Part shown: positions 9,003 to 16,483 of the stretch, piece after piece
Layout of the letters: the number at the start of each line of letters is the position of its first letter
How positions within the stretch are numbered: position 1 is the first letter of the stretch
Source: a virus
Virus record (IMG/VR): IMGVR_UViG_3300042691_053984
Span: 1-64,000 of that record
Length of the DNA stretch: 64,000 nucleotides
Reading direction: 5' to 3' (one strand)
Translations under genes and position numbers: made by a program
The notes under the pieces: generated by a model
Seen by the model: only the letters and a program-made list of their open reading frames with translations
Told to the model about the DNA's origin: nothing
The model's database searches: none

Positions 9003-9428
9003 ATGTCGCCCGAAGAATACCTAAAATTGGTCCATTTCACATGGTCTCGTCACGCTGAGTCTACGTGGTTTGTGTCAGAAGTTGCATATTACGCAGCCGC
9101 GGGTCGAGTCCTTGATTCTCTGAAGGGTCACCTGAGGCTTGGATGTGGAATTGACAAGGAAAAGATCCTTACAGAGTTGGCGGGGCTCCTTCGCAGCCTT
9201 GTCGAACTGTGCACCTGCACTATGTCTCACGGAGAATTCGCGTCTCACAGTTGGGTTTCATCACGTGAGATGGTTCCTGCCGGAGTAAACGGCTGTGCAA
9301 ATAGTATCTTGAACATGATTAGGTCGGCCGAGACCTCTCGTAGGATTCACTTTCTCGCAAATGCGTGCAGCCAATTGGGCTTTACGTTTGACATGGTGGC
9401 CTCTCGCAGTCTAGGTGAACCCCTTTAA
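9003..9428 (+). CDS. hypothetical protein
   Basis: GGAGG SD, 141 aa. Confidence 0.7.
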   Translation: MSPEEYLKLVHFTWSRHAESTWFVSEVAYYAAAGRVLDSLKGHLRLGCGIDKEKILTELAGLLRSLVELCTCTMSHGEFASHSWVSSREMVPAGVNGCANSILNMIRSAETSRRIHFLANACSQLGFTFDMVASRSLGEPL

Positions 9429-9437
9429 GGAAGTCTA

Positions 9438-9827
9438 ATGGTTACGTATTACGAAAAACGTGGAAACAGATATCACCCAGTGTTAGAGAAAGACCTGTGG
9501 AGTGGAGGTGATACGTGGTCAGAAGGTTGTCACCTTGTGGTGTGCAAACCAGGCGTTAAAACCACGAGGTACAACATTGAACCTGATGACACGGCATTCA
9601 TTGCCGCACAAACGATTCACGCAGAAAAACTTGCAAACCTCTTAGTGAAGGCCTCAGAAGCGAAGTTAAGCCCAGATCCGACAACCCAGGAGCAGAGGGA
9701 CGCTTGGGCTACGTTGAAGAATTCTTTTGGCGGTGGACCGTTTTATGTAAGATACGAATCAGCGCTTTTCATTGTGAGAGAGTTTCTGAACTCCGTAAGG
9801 AATCTTCAAAATGAAGACGTCGAGTGA
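9438..9827 (+). CDS. hypothetical protein
   Basis: AAGGA SD, 129 aa. Confidence 0.7.
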   Translation: MVTYYEKRGNRYHPVLEKDLWSGGDTWSEGCHLVVCKPGVKTTRYNIEPDDTAFIAAQTIHAEKLANLLVKASEAKLSPDPTTQEQRDAWATLKNSFGGGPFYVRYESALFIVREFLNSVRNLQNEDVE

Positions 9828-10122
9828 ACCTGAAATCGCCGTGAATTTGATGACGGCAGAAGAAAGACGAGCATGGAACGATGGTTACAACTGCGCTCGT
9901 TTAATGCTGCAGAAGGAACTTGACATCCGCGACGATTCCTTAAGAAGGATCATGTTCCTTCAAGACAAAGAGATGCGTCGATGGCGAGACGCTGGTATCA
10001 CATATGACGCAGTGAGAGCTGCATTGAACAGCTATGAATCTTCAGAGATAAGTTTTGGAAAACTTGTTGAAGAATTGCGTGGATTAGCAGCCGCAGCACT
10101 TGAAAAACTTTCAAGTGAGTGA
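9811..10122 (+). CDS. hypothetical protein
   Basis: 103 aa ORF overlapping the upstream stop. Confidence 0.65.
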   Translation: MKTSSEPEIAVNLMTAEERRAWNDGYNCARLMLQKELDIRDDSLRRIMFLQDKEMRRWRDAGITYDAVRAALNSYESSEISFGKLVEELRGLAAAALEKLSSE

Positions 10123-10152
10123 TAGTTATACACTTGAAACAAGTGAGTTTTT

Positions 10153-10866
10153 ATGGACAACGATAGCGTATTGAGACAAGCAGGTGAAAGGGCCCTTGAA
10201 AGAGCAATTGCGGCTTGGAATCGTGACATCATCGATCCGCCCAGCCAGTCGATTCGCGACGTTCAGTTTGACCCTGATCGTGCAGAGATCGACGGTTACA
10301 TCAGAAACGCAGTCCTGTTGGGAGGAGTTCAGTATCCAAAAGTCTTCAGGTACACAAAGGACGGCGACTATGAGTGGTGCGGGGCCTTTGCCGCTCACTG
10401 CTGGGAGCCTTTCATTCATGCAGACTTGCGCCAGTTGTACTTTCCCAGCACTTACAGGTTGGACTGCTACGGTCGTTACGTTGCAGGGTTTCAGACGCCA
10501 AATGCACAGGCAGTGGCAAAGAAGTACTCTAAGCCGGCAGAAGGCGCAAGAAAACACATGAAGTTGAGTCACACCTCAAAGGTTGAAGAAGTGAATGCAT
10601 TTGCACCTCGTGCAGGCGACATCCTGCTTGTTGGGACTAGCAATGGGCCCGCGTACGGTGCACATGTCACCCTTGTAGAGAAGTGGGATCCACACACCAA
10701 GGTTTTTCACACCGTTGAAGGAAATGGAACCGGTCTCGGTCCGGACGGCAAGAGACGTCAAGGAGTCGTGAGGGCTGAGCGCCCACTTGGGTCGGCGTCG
10801 CCGACAAAGTTGTACCACGCGCTACGTCTCATCAGGCCTGGTATCACTGATTTCACCAACTTTTGA
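10153..10866 (+). CDS. CHAP-like cysteine amidase/peptidase (peptidoglycan hydrolase candidate)
   Basis: EWCGAFAAHCW (catalytic Cys), PRAGDILLV, HVTLVE (catalytic His), TVEGN. Confidence 0.75.
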   Translation: MDNDSVLRQAGERALERAIAAWNRDIIDPPSQSIRDVQFDPDRAEIDGYIRNAVLLGGVQYPKVFRYTKDGDYEWCGAFAAHCWEPFIHADLRQLYFPSTYRLDCYGRYVAGFQTPNAQAVAKKYSKPAEGARKHMKLSHTSKVEEVNAFAPRAGDILLVGTSNGPAYGAHVTLVEKWDPHTKVFHTVEGNGTGLGPDGKRRQGVVRAERPLGSASPTKLYHALRLIRPGITDFTNF

Positions 10867-10887
10867 TTTCGCTCCATAGATATTTGC

Positions 10888-11070
10888 ATGAAGATCACAA
10901 TCAATGAACTGAAAAGAATCATCAGGGAAGTTCTTAGTCAAGAGGCGGTTCCGCCCGGGAAATGGTCCGGCGATGCATCAGGTCCTGCTAGTGATGAGGA
11001 CCTTGAGAGGCTAGGGGGTGATACGTCTGTGGTTCCTTCGTCAGAAATAGGCGGAAGACGAAGACGATGA
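10888..11070 (+). CDS. small protein with MKITINELKRIIRE leader
   Basis: Leader nearly identical to that of 26791-27132. Confidence 0.65.
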   Translation: MKITINELKRIIREVLSQEAVPPGKWSGDASGPASDEDLERLGGDTSVVPSSEIGGRRRR

Positions 11071-11372
11071 GGTTTGGTCATCGCAACGCAAGCACGCTAC
11101 GTGCATACATCAGGTCTGTCCTGATGGAAATGGGAGGTCCTGCATCTGCATCAGGAACTGACCCAAAAGACGCAAAGGGGTTTTATCCTTATGATATCGA
11201 AAGGGGCGCCGACATTCACTCCTTTTGGTATCGATCCCCAGGCAGAGGGATGGGTAGTGATGGAGATTTCAGGCCCGACGATCCCATGTCTTACATCGGG
11301 ATGTCAGCACCTGCATCGGCTGAGGCAGATGCTACGCCTGCATCCACCACAACCGAGGAACCCTCCGCTTAA
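11067..11372 (+). CDS. hypothetical protein
   Basis: ATGA overlap with upstream ORF; leader LRAYIRSVLME. Confidence 0.65.
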   Translation: MRFGHRNASTLRAYIRSVLMEMGGPASASGTDPKDAKGFYPYDIERGADIHSFWYRSPGRGMGSDGDFRPDDPMSYIGMSAPASAEADATPASTTTEEPSA

Positions 11373-11572
11373 AACGATCTGAGGATTTCAAATATGAACT
11401 CTCGGAGAGAAGCAACTTCCCTTGATTCTATGTTCAATGTCTTCGGATAACCTTCCTCGCCTGGCCTCTTTGGTCTCTTGCCGGCACGTCTTCGGGCCCA
11501 AATGTTGTCCCAAAGCCCTCTTTTCTTCTTTTTTCTTTTTTTCTTTCTTTCTTCAAGGATTTCTAACATAGA
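11369..11572 (-). CDS. small basic phage protein
   Basis: Likely start MLEILEE; contains GLWDNIWARRRAGKRPKRPGEEGYPKT, resembling a motif common in large-phage hypothetical proteins. Confidence 0.55.
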   Translation of the reverse strand, partial: SMLEILEERKKKRKKKKRGLWDNIWARRRAGKRPKRPGEEGYPKTLNIESREVASLREFIFEILRSF

Positions 11573-11656
11573 ATTTTTGCCTCTTTGGTTGTACTTTTGC
11601 AAAAAGTGATGTAAAATGCTCATCACGATGATAAATAACACGTAACTTACAAATAT

Positions 11657-11730
11657 TGAGGTATCGTCTAAAGGAAAGACGTGAGATTTTGGTTCTCGCT
11701 ATCTGGGTTCGAGTCCTAGTACCTCAGCCA
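11657..11730 (+). tRNA. tRNA-Gln(TTG)
   Basis: Acceptor TGAGGTA/TACCTCA, anticodon loop TTTTGGT, TTCGAGT T-loop, encoded CCA. Confidence 0.9.
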
Positions 11731-11798
11731 AACCCGTGTGGGTTTCATGATGTGTTATCATGAAGTATCGTTGTTTAAATAGGAAAAGAGTAAAAAGT

Positions 11799-12143
11799 AT
11801 GTTCAATAAGATTGTTGCCAGCGTTATTTCTTCGGTCGTTATGTTTGCCTGCAATATGAAGGAAGAGACTCCAGTTGCCGCTGAGGACGTTGTCTCGGCA
11901 GAGGTCACTGCGGTTGAGCAGCCCAAGGTTGATCCTGTTGCACCGCCCGCAACCACGGTGACCCCACCGATTGCAAATGTTCCGCAGCCTCTTCCGGCGG
12001 TCACTAGCCCTTTAGTCCCGAGCCCGGTGAGTGCAGGTACGACTGCAACTGTGACACCGGCGCCTGCATCGACGCAGGGCTCGGTTGTTGTCCCAGAGGC
12101 TTCGTCTGCTGTGGCACCGACGACAAGCACACTTGCAAAGTAA
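11799..12143 (+). CDS. putative lipoprotein, Pro/Thr/Ala/Val-rich low complexity
   Basis: MFNKIVASVISSVVMFAC: basic N-region, hydrophobic core, lipobox-like FAC. Confidence 0.6.
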   Translation: MFNKIVASVISSVVMFACNMKEETPVAAEDVVSAEVTAVEQPKVDPVAPPATTVTPPIANVPQPLPAVTSPLVPSPVSAGTTATVTPAPASTQGSVVVPEASSAVAPTTSTLAK

Positions 12144-12170
12144 TGTAAATACAATTAACACTGTTCAAAT

Positions 12171-12197
12171 GCCCCGGTTCGTTCCGGGGTTTTTTTT
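12171..12197 (+). terminator. intrinsic terminator
   Basis: GCCCCGG-TTCGTT-CCGGGGT followed by T-tract. Confidence 0.85.
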
Positions 12198-12227
12198 GTG
12201 AAAAGCTTGAATCACCGGTGTTATAAC
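12198..12227 (+). promoter_or_regulatory. putative promoter
   Basis: GTGAAAA-17 nt-TATAAC, just before ATG at 12234. Confidence 0.55.
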
Positions 12228-12233
12228 TAACTC

Positions 12234-12584
12234 ATGGTTAACATCAAAACAACTCGTGAATGCATCGATTGCGGGATTATTTTTGATCTTCGCTCACCTG
12301 AAAAACGTCGCGCCGGAGGCCTTGCCACCACGTGTCCTGACTGTTCTGAGGAAGCCACTCCCAAGTACCTCGGCCTTACATCAGGCGATGGTAAGCAGGC
12401 TAGCATCACTGTCCTCAAGTTCAATAATTCCAGCGATCGTGAGGCATACCGTGAGATGTGGTACGTAAATTCAGGAATGCTTGTCGGTAAAAGTTGCCAG
12501 ATGGGTATCAGAAAGTCAGACCCGGGTGTTCGATTTCATACAGTGACTCAGTCGACAGCCACCAATCACAAGGGGAAAGCATGA
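12234..12584 (+). CDS. zinc-ribbon protein
   Basis: CIDC ... CPDC pairs at the N-terminus. Confidence 0.7.
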   Translation: MVNIKTTRECIDCGIIFDLRSPEKRRAGGLATTCPDCSEEATPKYLGLTSGDGKQASITVLKFNNSSDREAYREMWYVNSGMLVGKSCQMGIRKSDPGVRFHTVTQSTATNHKGKA

Positions 12585-12805
12585 CAAAGACCATTGCGGA
12601 AACATTGGGTAGAATCGGAGACAAGGGTGGTAAAAGGGCAAAAAAGAAGCATTTGGAAAAATCTGTCAAATCTGCACTTTTGTCATCAGCGTCTCTCATG
12701 AAGGATGTAATGAGCTCGTCAGACGTCAGGAAAGTTCAACTCTGTCTTGATCTGAAAAGAAGCTTAGAAGACATCGAAAAGGAATATGGGATCACGTTGA
12801 TTTAA
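12581..12805 (+). CDS. small basic hypothetical protein
   Basis: AAGGGGA SD, ATGA overlap with upstream stop. Confidence 0.65.
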   Translation: MTKTIAETLGRIGDKGGKRAKKKHLEKSVKSALLSSASLMKDVMSSSDVRKVQLCLDLKRSLEDIEKEYGITLI

Positions 12806-12807
12806 AT

Positions 12808-12837
12808 GTGTACTCTATGATCAAGTGATATTATACT
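12808..12837 (+). promoter_or_regulatory. putative promoter of the sigma-factor operon
   Basis: GTGTACT-17 nt-TATACT. Confidence 0.55.
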
Positions 12838-12927
12838 TGAAGCGTGCGACTTTCGCACGCTTAAAAAAGAGAGAAAGCAGTGTTGAAGAGAAACGCAAAG
12901 AAGCAGCACAATAATCAGGATGAGATC

Positions 12928-13242
12928 ATGAACGTAAATCACAACAAGTACCAGTGTCCAGTTCCGGTTCCTCAGGTCGTCAACGTGGATGACATTGCCG
13001 TCTTTTCCGACGAGGAATTGTATGCAAGACTCACTTCGATGGAAAGCGATCGGACCAAGGTCGTTGAGTCTCGCTTTGATCCGATGCTTTGGGAGGTTGA
13101 GATCGCATATCTACGTCGAGAAATGGGAATTAGACGACAGCGTCGTGAAGCTCACGAGGCTTATATGAAAGATAATGCTCACCTTGTCACAGAGGAAGAC
13201 GTGATCGTAGATTTCGATGACACCAGCGTGGTTCTGAATTGA
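12928..13242 (+). CDS. hypothetical protein
   Basis: AGGA SD before ATG at 12928; stop overlaps the sigma start (TTGA). Confidence 0.65.
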   Translation: MNVNHNKYQCPVPVPQVVNVDDIAVFSDEELYARLTSMESDRTKVVESRFDPMLWEVEIAYLRREMGIRRQRREAHEAYMKDNAHLVTEEDVIVDFDDTSVVLN

Positions 13243-14057
13243 AGAAAAAGATCAGAAATAAATCAAAGAAGGATTCCTCCGCCGGAATTGTCGGAGATTA
13301 TCTGAACAACCTACACAGCATCCCGCAGCTGAAGCACCCAGAGCTAATTGAACTGTTCCAGAACGTAGAGACGGGCGGCGTGAGTGCAGATCGTGCACGT
13401 CGCAAATTGATTGAGTGTAATCTGAGACTTGTGGTTTCCATTGCAAAGCAATACAAGAACCACAATTTGCCGATAGAGGACCTGATCCAGGAGGGGAATA
13501 TTGGCTTAATGAAGGCGGTTGAAAGGTTTAAGTGGGAAAAAGGATTTAAATTTTCCACTTATGCCACTTGGTGGATCCGACAGGCCATCGGACAACACGT
13601 CTTGAAGAGAAAGAGGATCATCCGCCTTCCGGCACACGCAGCCACTGTACAACGTAAGATGCTGCAAGCGGCTGAAGAATACCGTGAAGTCATGGGTTGT
13701 GAACCTTCTCAAGAAGAGCTGAGCGAACTTGTGGGTGCTTCTGAGACAGTGGTGAAGGCCACAATCCACGGAGGAAGGTCGGTCATTTCACTGCAACAGC
13801 CGATGTCTTCGGATGAAGACAGTGACTGCCTTGAAGACAAACTCGAGGACACAAACCCAGAGTCAAACCCGTTTGAGAGAGTGTCTCAACGAGAACTCTT
13901 TGAAATTGCGAGGGGTGTGATTGACCAACTTTCTGCGAAAGAATCCGCCATCATCAGGCTCAGGTTTGGTCTATCACATGACGATAAGGATGATGAAAAG
14001 TTTCCCATCACTCAAAGTGAATTGAAGGTTGCAGTTGAGGAAAAGAGGTTTTCATGA
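13239..14057 (+). CDS. RNA polymerase sigma-70 family factor (RpoD-like regions 1.2-4.1), region 4.2 apparently absent
   Basis: [68 protein letters not shown]; stops 28 aa later with no TRERIRQ-type helix. Confidence 0.92.
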   Translation: MKKKIRNKSKKDSSAGIVGDYLNNLHSIPQLKHPELIELFQNVETGGVSADRARRKLIECNLRLVVSIAKQYKNHNLPIEDLIQEGNIGLMKAVERFKWEKGFKFSTYATWWIRQAIGQHVLKRKRIIRLPAHAATVQRKMLQAAEEYREVMGCEPSQEELSELVGASETVVKATIHGGRSVISLQQPMSSDEDSDCLEDKLEDTNPESNPFERVSQRELFEIARGVIDQLSAKESAIIRLRFGLSHDDKDDEKFPITQSELKVAVEEKRFS

Positions 14058-14335
14058 TGGAAATTGGAATGATCATACTTTTTTTCAGCCTAAGCCTCGC
14101 GGCGATGATAATCAGCATAGCGTTTGCACACCGGATACTGACTGAGACCAAAATCAAGGCAAGGGCTTTTGAACGTTCGTACTCTGACGACCTAGATACT
14201 GGTGTAAAGGTCGATGAAATGTCGCAGAGGTTAAATGAATTCAGGAACCAGAGGTTTGGTCGACAGTTGGTCAATCCTGAGCAATTGAGGTCATCAATCT
14301 CTTCGCGAACCAAAGCGAAACCAAACAAGGAGTAA
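14054..14335 (+). CDS. small membrane protein
   Basis: N-terminal hydrophobic helix; ATGA overlap with sigma stop. Confidence 0.7.
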   Translation: MMEIGMIILFFSLSLAAMIISIAFAHRILTETKIKARAFERSYSDDLDTGVKVDEMSQRLNEFRNQRFGRQLVNPEQLRSSISSRTKAKPNKE

Positions 14336-14340
14336 CTCAA

Positions 14341-14637
14341 GTGGTTTTAAAGAGGGGAACCCGTGTGGATCGTGGTTATGCCACTGTCGGTGAGGACGAA
14401 GGCGTTAACTATAGGGAAATTGCTGACGCAATGACCCAGGCCGGATTTACCATGAATCACTCCTCGGTGAGAAATTATGTTCTCAGGGTGATGCGAAAGT
14501 TTGCCGTGGCCTACGGAGAACGTTGGGGCATAGCCTTGAACGAAGATAGGCTCGACGAGATCGCCAAATCGCCAACGTTCCAACAAGGAATCGCGGACAT
14601 CATGAGAAAAGTCAAGACAAAGAATGATTTGAAATAA
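14341..14637 (+). CDS. HTH protein resembling sigma-70 region 4.2
   Basis: AAGGAG SD; NYREIADAM...MNHSSVRNYVLRVMRKF aligns by eye with RpoD TLEEVGKQF.VTRERIRQIEAKALRKL. Confidence 0.6.
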   Translation: MVLKRGTRVDRGYATVGEDEGVNYREIADAMTQAGFTMNHSSVRNYVLRVMRKFAVAYGERWGIALNEDRLDEIAKSPTFQQGIADIMRKVKTKNDLK

Positions 14638-14646
14638 ATAAGGAGG

Positions 14647-15051
14647 ATGCTTATGTCGATCGTAAAGCTCAAGAACTTGCCAAAGTTGACGTTGTTGACG
14701 TTGTTGAGGCGTCGCAAGAAGACGCTAAAACAGTACATGAATGAATTGGGAATCATAACGTATGAAGAACTCAATATCAGGTGTGAAAGGATGGGAATCA
14801 AGGCTCCTTCACTCGAAGAGTTCAATGATGCAAGCCCGGCGGTCGTTAGCTCTCCCACGGAAGGGATTGTTGTGTTAGAGGCTCCACCGATCATCCATGA
14901 ACAAACCGGTAATGTAATCTCCGAGGCGTCGGAAATGACAATAGACCTTGGCAGACGAGCCAAAAAGAAGAAGGCTGATCCGGTGATTGATGCCGAGCTT
15001 CAAGAAGACGAAATGTTTCACGCCACACATGAAGATAACGGTGAAGCGTAA
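14647..15051 (+). CDS. hypothetical protein
   Basis: AAGGAGG SD, 134 aa. Confidence 0.75.
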   Translation: MLMSIVKLKNLPKLTLLTLLRRRKKTLKQYMNELGIITYEELNIRCERMGIKAPSLEEFNDASPAVVSSPTEGIVVLEAPPIIHEQTGNVISEASEMTIDLGRRAKKKKADPVIDAELQEDEMFHATHEDNGEA

Positions 15052-15174
15052 CCCGACCTGAAGGTATGATCCCTCACGTTAGGAGGTTTGCCATACGATT
15101 CAAGTTCATCTTGAGTGTCTTCTTTACCTGAATTCTGCATTGCATTATAAAGTTATATTTTCAAGGAGTGATCT

Positions 15175-15396
15175 GTGAACAATTTTTGGAAGTTTTTTGG
15201 TCTGAGTGTTATCGTTTGCGCGTTGTTCTTCTTGTACGCATTCATCCTTATGAACTCGTGGAATTTAGGACTCGCTCTTGCGATCCCAGGCCTGTCGACA
15301 GTGGATTTCATCACGTCGTGTTGGGTGATGATCTTCATCTTTTTGCTCAAGTTGTGCTTTTGGAGCTATCCTGCACGTGCCCAAAAAACCGAGTGA
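15175..15396 (+). CDS. small membrane protein (two hydrophobic segments)
   Basis: AAGGAG SD, GTG start. Confidence 0.6.
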   Translation: MNNFWKFFGLSVIVCALFFLYAFILMNSWNLGLALAIPGLSTVDFITSCWVMIFIFLLKLCFWSYPARAQKTE

Positions 15397-15444
15397 TTGA
15401 GACGTTATCATATAATTGCAGATAGTTTCCATATCTACATTTGT

Positions 15445-15681
15445 ATGAAGTTTACCGTGGGCGATCTGGTGTTTCTGTCACCCCTTTGTGGGGGTAAGGC
15501 AGAGCTTTCCTCAACACCGGTCTTTTCTTCCATAGAAGACAGCAGGATAGTTGGGTATTTTTACGGCGCTGAGATTGCAGTCGTGATTGACGTGAACTTG
15601 AACGACTGTAGCTCTGTGCTGGTCCTTACCCAAGGCACGTTGGGATGGCTTGCGGGGGCCTGGATAAAGCGGGTAGCCTAG
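15445..15681 (+). CDS. small SH3-like hypothetical protein
   Basis: MKFTVGDLV start, beta-rich; converges on the fibre operon. Confidence 0.55.
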   Translation: MKFTVGDLVFLSPLCGGKAELSSTPVFSSIEDSRIVGYFYGAEIAVVIDVNLNDCSSVLVLTQGTLGWLAGAWIKRVA

Positions 15682-16451
15682 AGAATCGGTACTTCTGCCG
15701 TAAATGATGCGCGAAACTCTGATTGACCAGCTATGGGAAACATAGTGTCTTCACTACCACCAGGTCCACCCCATGTCGCCGGTGTTCCTGAGGTAGTTGC
15801 ATTGGGCATTCCGACAAGTATCATAGATCCCGTCGTAAATGGTATGACAGCGACAGGGACACCGCCCAGAGTGGTGTTCCCGGTGATCAATCCGGTTCCG
15901 ATGGATATACCGTCAAGCCATTTTAACGAGGTTGATCCCGTTGGCGCCACCTGAGTATCTATCGTAAACTCACCGGGCATACTGATCCTGTAGGCACCGT
16001 AACCGCTAGATCCGCCAGACGTGGAGTCGTAAGACAAATTGAACATCAACGTCAGTTTCTTTCCTAGTCGGCAGTATTTACCGTGAAGGTAACGAGTCGT
16101 AGGAAGCGAAAGATTCACCGGTGTTGATGTGACAGTGGGGGTGTATGACGCCCAGTGGTTTGCGACGTCAAGAGATCCACTTATCATCACACCCCCAGAA
16201 AAGACAGATACGCTCCTATTCGCAGAACCCGTGCTGACGAGCAGAAACGTATCTGATCCCATAGATCCTGATCCAAACACTGTTGGATTAAGGAACCTAA
16301 AAACAGAAGAGGAAGACCCATTTGAGACCTCAATGTCTCCTGTCGGCGAAACTTCAATTCTTGCAGTTCCACCTAAAGACCCTGTGAACTCGATGGTTGG
16401 GTTTCCCTCACCCTCTAGTTCTTTAGGTTTTATGACAATGCTTTTTGGCAT
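15678..16451 (-). CDS. short tail-fibre/tip protein
   Basis: N-terminus similar to the 2147 aa fibre; C-terminal domain similar to 37051-38004. Confidence 0.7.
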   Translation of the reverse strand: MPKSIVIKPKELEGEGNPTIEFTGSLGGTARIEVSPTGDIEVSNGSSSSVFRFLNPTVFGSGSMGSDTFLLVSTGSANRSVSVFSGGVMISGSLDVANHWASYTPTVTSTPVNLSLPTTRYLHGKYCRLGKKLTLMFNLSYDSTSGGSSGYGAYRISMPGEFTIDTQVAPTGSTSLKWLDGISIGTGLITGNTTLGGVPVAVIPFTTGSMILVGMPNATTSGTPATWGGPGGSEDTMFPIAGQSEFRASFTAEVPIL

Positions 16452-16483
16452 AATGGGCCTTCCTCTCTCTTCAGTTAATTATA

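Noticed and set aside
9003-9428. MazG-like pyrophosphatase
   Set aside because: Helical pattern is loosely similar but the acidic EExxD metal ligands are missing (ELAGLL).
15052-15174. Possible structured ncRNA in this gap and in 30741-30813
   Set aside because: No convincing stems or known motif found by eye; would need covariance analysis.
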